The notes: generated from the letters alone by a model not told the origin. 14,469 nucleotides of DNA from Armatimonadota bacterium (GCA_043754515.1 JAYUUO010000087.1:1-14469), one strand, 5' to 3'; shown: positions 1-6,310, counted from the stretch's first letter. Program-made: numbers and translations.

Positions 1-245
1 ATCAGATCTATCGCCAGCATGTGCGCGGTAGCCAGGCTACATACGGCGTCGGCGAACTCGTCATTCATGCCGGGGTAGGGGGCGAGCCGTCCGGGGTCGA
101 CGACCTCGAAAAGGGCGGTAGTCACTCGGATCGCGGCGGTGTTTGACTCGCAAGTGGTGCACACGAACCGACGCGGTTCTGTGGTGCAGGTTGCGGTGAG
201 TCCCTCGCGGGTAAGTGGGCTGATCTGGTGAAACGTTTCGCTCAT
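1..245 (-). CDS. Hypothetical Cys-containing phage protein, 3' end outside the window; N-terminus paralogous to 927..1157
   Basis: Not in the ORF track. Manual translation from ATG at 245 gives MSETFHQISPLTREGLTATCTTEPRRFVCTTCESNTAAIRVTTALFEVVDPGRLAPYPGMNDEFADAVCSLATAHMLAIDL..., open to the edge. ATGA overlap with the stop of 242..583 and a GAGGGG RBS. Confidence 0.75.
   Translation of the reverse strand, partial: MSETFHQISPLTREGLTATCTTEPRRFVCTTCESNTAAIRVTTALFEVVDPGRLAPYPGMNDEFADAVCSLATAHMLAIDL
114..161 (+). repeat. 48-bp exact direct repeat, copy 1 (copy 2 at 1053..1100)
   Basis: ggcggtagtcactcggatcgcggcggtgtttgactcgcaagtggtgca is identical at both positions and encodes CTTCESNTAAIRVTTA on the minus strand. 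Confidence 0.97.
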
Positions 246-583
246 AGTTTGCCCCCCTCTAGCTTTGCGAGCATTGCGAGCATTGCTATAGTCGCATCGC
301 GGTTGTATTCGTAAGTGTTCGCGAGGTGGTCAAGCGATAACATCACGTAGTCGGGGCGCAGTGCGTCGGGGTAGTCGCACACGTCGGAAATCCGGGCGAC
401 GATTGCCCTCCCGGTGAATCGCATCCAGCACTGTCTAGTTGGCGGGCAGAACTCCCGAAGAACCAGAATGTCACCGACCGCGAATCCCTGGTCATTTTTG
501 CGTAGCTCGGCTGTCTTCTCGCAACGCCATATCAAGTCGAAATACGGATTCACGGTTTTGAGTTCGTGTGGTTCGCGTGTCAT
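242..583 (-). CDS. DUF3850 / ASCH (PUA-like) domain protein
   Basis: HELK...YF......K.AE.R.ND..F.VGD.LVLRE and GR.I...I..V motifs are typical of the phage DUF3850/ASCH family. ATGA-coupled on both sides. Confidence 0.85.
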   Translation of the reverse strand: MTREPHELKTVNPYFDLIWRCEKTAELRKNDQGFAVGDILVLREFCPPTRQCWMRFTGRAIVARISDVCDYPDALRPDYVMLSLDHLANTYEYNRDATIAMLAMLAKLEGGKL

Positions 584-927
584 GCCGCTCCCTCCTGGAC
601 ACTCGTATTTTCGCCGCGAAAAACGACATTCGCCGTGTAGGACCTGGTGGCCTCGCCGGACACCTTGATCCGCCGCGTCTCTCCCGCCTCGTCTTTAACA
701 GTGACCGTCACGTCGTCGCCGCCAACGACGGTGTAATCGCCGGCGCCTTGGTCGTACCAATCGGCCCATTTTTCGGCTGCTTCCTCGAAGTCGCTCGCGA
801 AAACCTTGTCGCCGTCTGCGCCCTCTCCGTGCCAGTCTTCGAGGTGTACTCGGAAAAACGGGTCGCACTTGTGGCGGGAGGCAAAATCGTAGCAACCGCA
901 CCGCTCGCATTTTTGGAAGTCGTTCAT
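580..927 (-). CDS. Hypothetical phage protein with N-terminal Cys/His cluster (CxxC...HxC)
   Basis: 115-aa ORF with TAATG overlap upstream and ATGA overlap downstream; CERCGC...HKC. Confidence 0.8.
   Translation of the reverse strand: MNDFQKCERCGCYDFASRHKCDPFFRVHLEDWHGEGADGDKVFASDFEEAAEKWADWYDQGAGDYTVVGGDDVTVTVKDEAGETRRIKVSGEATRSYTANVVFRGENTSVQEGAA
594..628 (+). repeat. 35-bp inverted repeat, copy A (partner 9286..9320), containing the palindrome TTTTCGC-C-GCGAAAA
   Basis: cctggacactcgtattttcgccgcgaaaaacgaca versus the reverse complement of 9286..9320, cctggactctcgtattttcgccgcgaaaaacgaca: 34/35 identical. Confidence 0.95.
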
Positions 928-1157
928 TATCCCCGCCCTCCCAGGTTGAAGCCGATCTCGAAAGCCACGCCGAGCGCGGCGATCAGGAGCAGGAGCAGGA
1001 CCAGCCGGTTATGATCCCGGTCCATCCGGGCCCGATCGCGGCACTCGAAACAGGCGGTAGTCACTCGGATCGCGGCGGTGTTTGACTCGCAAGTGGTGCA
1101 GGTTGTATCGAACCCCTCGCGAGTGAGGGGACCGACCTGGCGGAAGGTTGTGTTCAT
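927..1157 (-). CDS. Small membrane-anchored Zn-finger-like protein (CxxC-x11-CxxC plus a C-terminal TM helix)
   Basis: Start reassigned to ATG 1157 (GAGGGGG RBS, ATGA overlap). MNTTF...CTTC...CFEC...LVLLLLLIAALGVAFEIGF; 76 aa. Confidence 0.75.
   Translation of the reverse strand: MNTTFRQVGPLTREGFDTTCTTCESNTAAIRVTTACFECRDRARMDRDHNRLVLLLLLIAALGVAFEIGFNLGGRG
1053..1100 (+). repeat. 48-bp exact direct repeat, copy 2
   Basis: Identical to 114..161. Confidence 0.97.
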
Positions 1158-1420
1158 TGTTTCGCCCCCTCGCCGCCGTACCAGCGGCATAGCGATAGCG
1201 GTAGAAGCCCGCGCCTGTACATTGATCGGTCCTGTTGCGTGTAGCGGTATACGTCCCACGCGTCTAACAGGCTGTCGGTTAGCATGGCTATATGCTTGCT
1301 ATGCATTTCGGGGTTGTCGGGGACGGGAAAGTCGTGCGCGGCGGTGCGGTAGGCTCGCAGTACAAACAGATGACGCCGCACGACGTTTCGCCGGAACGTA
1401 AGGGATCGGGGCTTGTTCAT
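1154..1420 (-). CDS. Hypothetical phage protein (88 aa)
   Basis: C-terminal part of track ORF 1154..1981, starting at MNKPRSL (ATG 1420, ATGA overlap with the stop at 1417). Confidence 0.7.
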   Translation of the reverse strand: MNKPRSLTFRRNVVRRHLFVLRAYRTAAHDFPVPDNPEMHSKHIAMLTDSLLDAWDVYRYTQQDRSMYRRGLLPLSLCRWYGGEGAKQ

Positions 1421-1788
1421 AGTTCGCTTTTGGCCCCGTCGGCGCGGTTGATCGCGTCCCTCGCCGCCCGAAAAAGTCTCTCGTATTCGCCGGGATCTAC
1501 GTCGTCCGCGCTGACCGGCCTTTCCAGCATCTCTAGGATGTCGCGCAGGGCGCGGTACATGACTTCCGCCGCGCCCATTCTGCGGCACAGGGTGAGTGCG
1601 TCGTCCCGCCCGAGCATGTCGTGGAACGCGAACTGCATCAGGGCCGTGCCGCATTCCAGGGCCTGGTTCGGGTCGGGGAACGCGAACCCGTTCCCCTCCG
1701 GCCCCGTGGCCGATATGTAGCCCTCTCTCGTGCGCCCGATTTTGCAGATACTTGGCTCTAGTGTCCGCGTCACTTTTATTTTTCTCAT
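1417..1788 (-). CDS. Hypothetical phage protein (123 aa)
   Basis: Start reassigned to MRKIKV (ATG 1788), which overlaps the stop of 1785..2135 as ATGA. Confidence 0.72.
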   Translation of the reverse strand: MRKIKVTRTLEPSICKIGRTREGYISATGPEGNGFAFPDPNQALECGTALMQFAFHDMLGRDDALTLCRRMGAAEVMYRALRDILEMLERPVSADDVDPGEYERLFRAARDAINRADGAKSEL

Positions 1789-2135
1789 GGGACGGCGTAC
1801 CAATTGCAGGCGGGCGGGCCGTCGGTTGTGTCCGGCATGAGCGCGGCCCAGCACTCATACCGAAACAGGTAGCCGCGCAAGCCGCCGCAGTCATATCGGT
1901 TGGATACGACTGGCCCACGGCACTTGGGGCAGGTGCCGCGCAGGTGTTGCTGGGCCGACGCCGGGATGCGCTCCCCAGCATGGGTGGGGAGGACGCCGGA
2001 CGTAAGGGTGTGGTCGGGCCGGTCTATGACGCGGCGGGCTTGCCAGAGGTAGGGGCGGGGCGCGGGTGTAGTATCCAACTCCGGCTCGCGCTGTGTCGCT
2101 TCCGCCATACTCGCGTGGGTGGATAGGTGCGTCAT
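1785..2135 (-). CDS. Hypothetical Zn-ribbon-like protein
   Basis: 116 aa with CPKCRGP...YDC...YEC...ACNWY; ATGA-coupled on both sides. Confidence 0.72.
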   Translation of the reverse strand: MTHLSTHASMAEATQREPELDTTPAPRPYLWQARRVIDRPDHTLTSGVLPTHAGERIPASAQQHLRGTCPKCRGPVVSNRYDCGGLRGYLFRYECWAALMPDTTDGPPACNWYAVP

Positions 2136-2182
2136 GGTGCGAGGCCCTCCCCGCGTGATAAAATGTACTCGGTCGTGTTCAT
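2132..2182 (-). CDS. Putative 16-aa mini-ORF / leader peptide MNTTEYILSRGEGLAP
   Basis: ATG at 2182 is preceded by AGAAAGCGAACCT, and its TGA overlaps the ATG of 1785..2135. Confidence 0.45.
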   Translation of the reverse strand: MNTTEYILSRGEGLAP

Positions 2183-2195
2183 AGGTTCGCTTTCT

Positions 2196-2228
2196 GGCCG
2201 GGGCTGTGTATCAAGCACCGCCCCGGCC
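2196..2228. promoter_or_regulatory. GC-rich hairpin in an early-operon intergenic region
   Basis: ggccggggc (2196-2204) pairs with gccccggcc (2220-2228), plus an inner gtg/cac. Confidence 0.6.
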
Positions 2229-2279
2229 TTCCCTTTCGTCGGTGGGGGCCGGCGTGGCGTCCTCCCCCTCGGTTGATAA

Positions 2280-2561
2280 CTAGCGTCCGTTCCGGTTCTT
2301 TTTCGGCCCGCCCCCCTTGTAGTTTTTCGCTAGTGCCGTGGAACTGGTGCCCAGCACTGTCGCGAGCCGCTCGGCATGCATAAACGGCACGCGCTTGCGG
2401 CCCGATTCGTAGCCGCAGTAAGTGCCCGCGCTCACGCGGATCAGGGCGGCGATTTCGGCGACCGTGGCCCCCACCGCGAGCCGCGACTCGCGGGCTGTTG
2501 GGTACCGGTCTCCAGGGCCGGGCGAATCTGCAAGTGCCGCATGGTCAAGCCGGGCAGTCAT
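2280..2561 (-). CDS. XRE-family helix-turn-helix protein
   Basis: Start reassigned to MTARLD (ATG 2561, ATGA overlap). RESRLAVGATVAEIAALIRVSAGTYCGYESGRKRVP...RLATVLG fits the HTH_3/XRE pattern. Confidence 0.85.
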   Translation of the reverse strand: MTARLDHAALADSPGPGDRYPTARESRLAVGATVAEIAALIRVSAGTYCGYESGRKRVPFMHAERLATVLGTSSTALAKNYKGGGPKKNRNGR

Positions 2562-2992
2562 TCTTCGCCTCCGGAACAATCTCGAAACTCGTTTCGAGAG
2601 ATGCCGCGTTTTTCCCCGCCTCTTCCTATCTTCGTGTTCTCGTACCAGTCCGGCTTGACCATGCACCAGCCGAGCGGGTCGGCCCGGAACCGGGCCGAAT
2701 CGCCGAAGCGGATGATGTTCTCCGCGAGTCGGACGGCGTAGCTGTCGCCGTACAGGTACCGCCGCATGGCGAGGTAGTGTTCGACTGACTCGAACGGGCG
2801 GTCCATCACCAGGGCGAGTGTGTTCGCGACGCCGGCCCAGTCCACCGGGCCGGGCGCGGGCGAGGCGGTCGGGAAGGCGGGGTCGTGGAGCGGGGCGACC
2901 AGGACGCGCTTGTGGCCGAACTGGAGCAGTATGTGGCCGACTAGTCCGTGCGCGTTCTCGTCTTCGGTTCGGGGTGGTTCGGTTGTCGTCAT
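2558..2992 (-). CDS. Hypothetical phage protein (144 aa)
   Basis: Start reassigned to MTTTEPP (ATG 2992), with ATGA overlaps at both ends. Confidence 0.72.
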   Translation of the reverse strand: MTTTEPPRTEDENAHGLVGHILLQFGHKRVLVAPLHDPAFPTASPAPGPVDWAGVANTLALVMDRPFESVEHYLAMRRYLYGDSYAVRLAENIIRFGDSARFRADPLGWCMVKPDWYENTKIGRGGEKRGISRNEFRDCSGGEE

Positions 2993-3213
2993 GACTGTCG
3001 CTCCGGTGCCGTAGTCGCGAACTGTTCCGCGTTTTCGCGGATCGTGATCTGGAATCGCAAGCCTTTCGCGGCCATGCAACGCAGGAGAGTGTTGTAACTC
3101 ATGCCCGCGACGGGCGCGAAATCGCGGCGGGAAGCTTCTGGGGTTTCTGCGGCGAACCGTTTGAGCCGCCGGATGTCGTCCCGCGTGAGTTTCTTCGTGT
3201 AGTCCTTTTTCAT
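2989..3213 (-). CDS. Cro-like / small HTH DNA-binding protein, first gene of the leftward operon
   Basis: 74 aa and basic. ASRRDFAPVAGMSYNTLLRCM is HTH-like. GGAGG RBS; divergent from the repressor. Confidence 0.7.
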   Translation of the reverse strand: MKKDYTKKLTRDDIRRLKRFAAETPEASRRDFAPVAGMSYNTLLRCMAAKGLRFQITIRENAEQFATTAPERQS

Positions 3214-3246
3214 AGCCCCGGTGCCTCCGAATTCCGTTAATTAAAA

Positions 3247-3285
3247 TGTATAACGAATTGTACTACTGTTATACAATTGGCGCAA
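3247..3285 (-). promoter_or_regulatory. Leftward sigma70-type promoter overlapped by operator-like inverted repeats
   Basis: Minus strand reads TTGCGC (3285-3280), 17 bp, TACAAT (3262-3257). Inverted repeats tgtataac/gttataca (3247-3254/3268-3275) and aattgta/tacaatt (3256-3262/3272-3278). Confidence 0.7.
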
Positions 3286-3337
3286 GGGATGTTTTCCGTT
3301 TGTGCATTTTGTTTAACAGTTTGTTCAACGGGCGGCG

Positions 3338-3343
3338 TATAAT
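3338..3343 (+). promoter_or_regulatory. -10 box (TATAAT) of the rightward repressor promoter
   Basis: Perfect TATAAT 5 nt before GTG 3349; no good -35 at 17 bp spacing. Confidence 0.6.
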
Positions 3344-3348
3344 GTGCC

Positions 3349-3825
3349 GTGGATACTCCATCGCCTGAAAAATCCGGCCCCGAGGGGAACCTGAACATGT
3401 TGCTACAACGCGAGGTCAGGCGCGTACTTGCGTCTAAGAAATGGTCGCTTATGGGCGCGGAAATACAGACCGGCATCTCGTCCGGCACGATCAACCGCAT
3501 GAAGAAGGGTTTGAACGTGGCACCGCGATTCGTCGTGGAGTTCGGCGTCAAGGCCGGGGAACCGGCGGGCCGCTGGGAGCTCGTCGCGCTCGGGCGGGAC
3601 CCCGACTCGGAACCGTACCGCTCCCCCGCTGCCGAGAATCAGCGGTGGCAGTCGGTGGCAGAATCTCGCCCCGACTTAACGCGCGAGTACGACCCGTCCG
3701 TCCCGCCGACGATCCACTTTTACGGCGGGCTGTCCGACGAAAGCAAGGCACAGTCCGACCAGTTCGTGAAACACCTGTACGAGCTGGAGAAACGCGGGGT
3801 CATCGGTGGCAAAGTCGCCGATTGA
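3349..3825 (+). CDS. Putative phage immunity repressor (CI/ImmR-like, N-terminal HTH, no S24 peptidase domain)
   Basis: WSLMGAEIQTGISSGTINRMKKG is XRE-HTH-like. The C-terminal GLSDESKAQSDQFVKHLYE helix is typical of XRE repressors. Divergent from the Cro-like gene and followed by an ImmA-like gene. Confidence 0.78.
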   Translation: MDTPSPEKSGPEGNLNMLLQREVRRVLASKKWSLMGAEIQTGISSGTINRMKKGLNVAPRFVVEFGVKAGEPAGRWELVALGRDPDSEPYRSPAAENQRWQSVAESRPDLTREYDPSVPPTIHFYGGLSDESKAQSDQFVKHLYELEKRGVIGGKVAD

Positions 3826-4237
3826 TTCGCGCGGCCGGGTCTCGGATTCTGCTAAATCGGAAGTCGCCGCCCGGATCGCCGCCCGGCTCCGGCAGTGCGC
3901 GGACGGCCCCCTTGCCGACCCGGACACTTGGCGGCGGCATGCGGGGTGGCTCGGCGTGCATGTCGTGCATACCCACGTCGCGAACGGGCGTCCGGGGTTC
4001 AGCGTCCCGCGCCCGCACGACGATTCGGGCATCGTGGGGGGCGTGATCGGCGTCAACCTGGCGTACCCGGAGCGGGAGCAGTGCGCGGTCTGGGTGCATG
4101 AACTGGCGCACCTGTACGTCGCCGCGTGGCTCCCGCCGCAACTGCACGACTACGCGGATTATTACGGCTACGACGACGACGCGGGGAGCGTGTCGCACGA
4201 CATAGCGCGGATGGTCGAGGCCGATGTCCTTTCCTAA
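3806..4237 (+). CDS. ImmA/IrrE-like Zn metallopeptidase (anti-repressor protease)
   Basis: VIGVNLAYPEREQCAVWVHELAH matches the I.vN......r.....aHElgH pattern of ImmA/IrrE (peptidase M78). Overlaps the repressor 3' end. Confidence 0.8.
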   Translation: MAKSPIDSRGRVSDSAKSEVAARIAARLRQCADGPLADPDTWRRHAGWLGVHVVHTHVANGRPGFSVPRPHDDSGIVGGVIGVNLAYPEREQCAVWVHELAHLYVAAWLPPQLHDYADYYGYDDDAGSVSHDIARMVEADVLS

Positions 4238-4273
4238 GAAAAGGCGTCATCCGTGGCGGGGATTGTCCGGGAG

Positions 4274-4327
4274 TCGTACCACGACGGGTGGTACGAATAA
4301 TCGCGGCGATTCTATCGCCGCGATTAT
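4274..4327. promoter_or_regulatory. Two back-to-back perfect inverted repeats
   Basis: tcgtaccac/gtggtacga (4274-4282/4288-4296), then ataatcgcggcgat/atcgccgcgattat (4297-4310/4314-4327). Confidence 0.75.
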
Positions 4328-4347
4328 CCGGGATACAAGGGGTTGCC

Positions 4348-4851
4348 ATGCGTTTGCGTGACATGATTAGTCGGGATCGGATAGAACTGGGCCGCGCCTG
4401 TGAAACGGCTGGCCCACTCTCTTGCGCGTCGTCGTACTTCCGCGACGAAAGCCGGTACGGCGGTCGGGTGGCTACTAGGCGGCTGGAGTTTCATAAGCGA
4501 GTCGCTTCGGCGCGTGACGGCGAGCAGGTTTTCATAGATCGCGTGAAGATCGCTATCTTCGCCCTCGTGATGGCCGTGCTTGTCGTCGGGCTCGTTTACG
4601 CCGCGTCTCGCGGCCGCTGGCTCGGGCTTGCCCAGGTTGCGGGCTATGCCGTTGTTACGTCGCTGTTCGTGGGTCTCGCCTGTACCCGCGACTATCTCTG
4701 GGCGTTGTACGTGGTGCTCCGTTGCCGCTCGGAGTACCGCCGGTCGCTCACCGTCGTCCCGTCCGGCCCCGTCTGCGTGATCGTGCGTCGCGCGTCGGAA
4801 CGGGAAAACACGCCGGATTTGTCGCCCGGAAATAACAATGACCCTACGTGA
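4348..4851 (+). CDS. Membrane protein with about 2 TM helices (possible lysogenic-conversion or exclusion gene)
   Basis: ATG 4348 after an AAGGGG RBS; 167 aa. Hydrophobic stretches IAIFALVMAVLVVGLVYAA and LGLAQVAGYAVVTSLFVGLAC. Function is inferred from position only. Confidence 0.65.
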   Translation: MRLRDMISRDRIELGRACETAGPLSCASSYFRDESRYGGRVATRRLEFHKRVASARDGEQVFIDRVKIAIFALVMAVLVVGLVYAASRGRWLGLAQVAGYAVVTSLFVGLACTRDYLWALYVVLRCRSEYRRSLTVVPSGPVCVIVRRASERENTPDLSPGNNNDPT

Positions 4852-4873
4852 AAAAGGGGCGTGGAACTCGGGG

Positions 4874-4913
4874 GTAGTTGCTAGTCGTTGCCGGTCGTCG
4901 TTTGTCGTTGCGG
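4874..4913 (+). repeat. Four imperfect 10-bp tandem repeats next to the att core (putative Xis/RDF or Int arm sites)
   Basis: gtagttgcta / gtcgttgccg / gtcgtcgttt / gtcgttgcgg. Confidence 0.7.
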
Positions 4914-4929
4914 GCGTGTCGCTCCGCGA

Positions 4930-4974
4930 CCCTCTCACGGAGAAGGTCACGGGTTCGAATCCCGTACGCGCTAC
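4930..4974 (+). other. attP common core: 3' half of tRNA-Glu (anticodon CTC)
   Basis: Anticodon loop ctCTCac (4932-4938), 3' stem ggaga, variable aggtc, T-arm acggg-ttcgaat-cccgt, acceptor strand acgcgct plus a. No D-arm or 5' acceptor strand upstream. Lies about 120 bp upstream of the integrase. Confidence 0.88.
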
Positions 4975-5012
4975 TTCCGTGCCAAATGCTGTGGCGGTAA
5001 CTGTCACGGGTC

Positions 5013-5055
5013 AGTCAAAAGCCGCTTTTGACTATCAAAGACTAGCGTCTACTTT
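5013..5055 (+). promoter_or_regulatory. 21-bp palindrome overlapping a candidate int promoter
   Basis: agtcaaaagc-c-gcttttgact (5013-5033); TTGACT (5028-5033), 16 bp, TACTTT (5050-5055); AGGAGA RBS before ATG 5097. Confidence 0.55.
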
Positions 5056-5096
5056 CGGTTCTCCCCCTCCTACTCAATACTCAGGAGAACAGAACC

Positions 5097-6173
5097 ATGA
5101 CCAAAAACCGGGATATAACCATCTCCCTACAATCGAATGTACGGACGCTCTTGCGGCGGGCGTTGCCGCGACGTGCCCCGGCGGGCTCGGTGTCCGTTTT
5201 GCCCGATTCGTTCCCCGCCGGGCGGCTCGCCGCCGCCGCCGAGGACTACGTGACCGAGGCCCGGATGCTCCGGCACTCCGCGCGTACGCTCGTCAAGAAG
5301 GCCGGCATTTTGGGCAAACTGTGCTGGTTCGCCGCCGACCGGTGCTTCGAGTCGGTCGGCGTGGACGAGTGCCGCGCCTTCCTCCTGTACCTCGCCGCCC
5401 CCGCGCCGGTCGGCGGGCGGTGGGGCCTGCCGAACGAGACGGCTCCGCTCTCCCCGGAAACGTCGAAGACCTATTTCGCGACGCTCCGCGCATTCTTCCG
5501 CTGGCTCGTCGGCGAGGGGCGAATGGGCGCGTCGCCCTTACAGCGCGTCAAGGCCCCCGTGAGTCGCCCGGACCAGATACAGCCCTTCACGGAGGTCCAG
5601 GTGCTCGCCCTCCTCCGGGAAGCGGGCAACTCCGCCTATCCGGTCCGGGATGTGGCGATACTCCTCGTACTACTCGATACCGGAATGCGCCTGGGCGAGC
5701 TGTGCGCCCTCACGAACGCCGACGTGAACGTGGATGGGCGGGAGATAGTCATCCGGCACGGCAAGGGGGACAAGCGGCGGGTCGTCTCGATCAGCCGCCG
5801 CACGGCGCGGGCGTTGTACGATCTCCAGGGCGAGATAGCCGGTTCGCTCCCCGGCGACGGCGTGTTCGTCTCCGGGCGCGGCGTGTCGGCGGGGGACGCC
5901 CTGAAGGAGAGCGGCGTCGCGTTCCTGTTCCGCCGCCTGAACGCCCGCGCGAAGCTCGTCGGGGTCCGCGTCTCCCCCCACACGTTCCGCCACACGTTCG
6001 CCGTCATGTTCCTCCGTAACGGCGGCAACGTGTTCACCCTGAAACAGATTCTAGGCCATGAGTCGCTCGCCATGACGAACCGGTATGTCGCGGTCGCGGA
6101 GGCCGACGTCGCGGCCCAGCACCGGCAGTTCTCGCCCGTGGAGGGCATGGGGAAGACGGCCCGCAAAAAATAG
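5097..6173 (+). CDS. int: Tyrosine recombinase / phage integrase
   Basis: Complete catalytic set: LLDTGMRLGE (R), GKGDK (K), HTFRH (HxxR), LGH (H), TNRY (Y). SAM-like core-binding region; adjacent att core. Confidence 0.96.
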   Translation: MTKNRDITISLQSNVRTLLRRALPRRAPAGSVSVLPDSFPAGRLAAAAEDYVTEARMLRHSARTLVKKAGILGKLCWFAADRCFESVGVDECRAFLLYLAAPAPVGGRWGLPNETAPLSPETSKTYFATLRAFFRWLVGEGRMGASPLQRVKAPVSRPDQIQPFTEVQVLALLREAGNSAYPVRDVAILLVLLDTGMRLGELCALTNADVNVDGREIVIRHGKGDKRRVVSISRRTARALYDLQGEIAGSLPGDGVFVSGRGVSAGDALKESGVAFLFRRLNARAKLVGVRVSPHTFRHTFAVMFLRNGGNVFTLKQILGHESLAMTNRYVAVAEADVAAQHRQFSPVEGMGKTARKK

Positions 6174-6188
6174 TTCGGGTAGGAGGGC

Positions 6189-6220
6189 GGGCGTATCCTT
6201 TGCGGGGTGCGCCCCCTTTT
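6189..6220 (+). terminator. Rho-independent terminator after int
   Basis: Stem gggcgtatcct/ggggtgcgccc (with G-U pairs on the + strand), 4-nt loop, followed by cctttt. Confidence 0.65.
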
Positions 6221-6250
6221 CTCTATTGAACGCGCATAACTGAAACGTTC

Positions 6251-6281
6251 ATTGCACGCAAGCGCGATTCTCGCGTGCAAT
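6251..6281 (-). terminator. Hairpin downstream of the lysin (possible late-transcript terminator or stabiliser)
   Basis: attgcacgc (6251-6259) pairs with gcgtgcaat (6273-6281) and extends by 3 pairs on the minus strand. No clear U-tract. Confidence 0.4.
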
Positions 6282-6310
6282 CGGAGAAGGCGATGGTATA
6301 GCCTTGTCTG

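Noticed and set aside
114..1100. Diversity-generating retroelement TR/VR pair
   Set aside because: The repeat is short and exact rather than showing adenine-specific mismatches, and no reverse transcriptase is in the window.
1154..1981. 275-aa ORF as listed, and the longer starts for 927..1259, 1417..1854, 2280..2666, 2558..3079 and 4126..4851
   Set aside because: The upstream extensions overlap better-supported genes. Internal ATGs with stop/start coupling or an RBS give a consistent tiling.
4874..4913. CRISPR array or mini-array
   Set aside because: 10-bp degenerate tandem units with no spacers. No 25-45-bp regularly spaced repeats or cas genes are present in the window.
4895..4977. Complete tRNA gene
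   Set aside because: Only the anticodon loop to the discriminator is tRNA-like. There is no D-arm, no complementary 5' acceptor or anticodon strand at the right spacing, and no CCA. It is better explained as an att core.
4324..5007. 227-aa minus-strand ORF across attP
   Set aside because: Contains the translated antisense tRNA signature (ARTGFEPVTF) and is antisense to the membrane gene; likely spurious.
4838..6019. 393-aa ORF overlapping int
   Set aside because: Arg/Pro-rich alternative-frame product of high GC content that crosses the att core. The integrase frame has all catalytic motifs and an RBS.
5065..6187. ccctcctac / gtaggaggg 9-bp inverted match flanking int
   Set aside because: Too short and SD-like in composition to support a claim of element ends.
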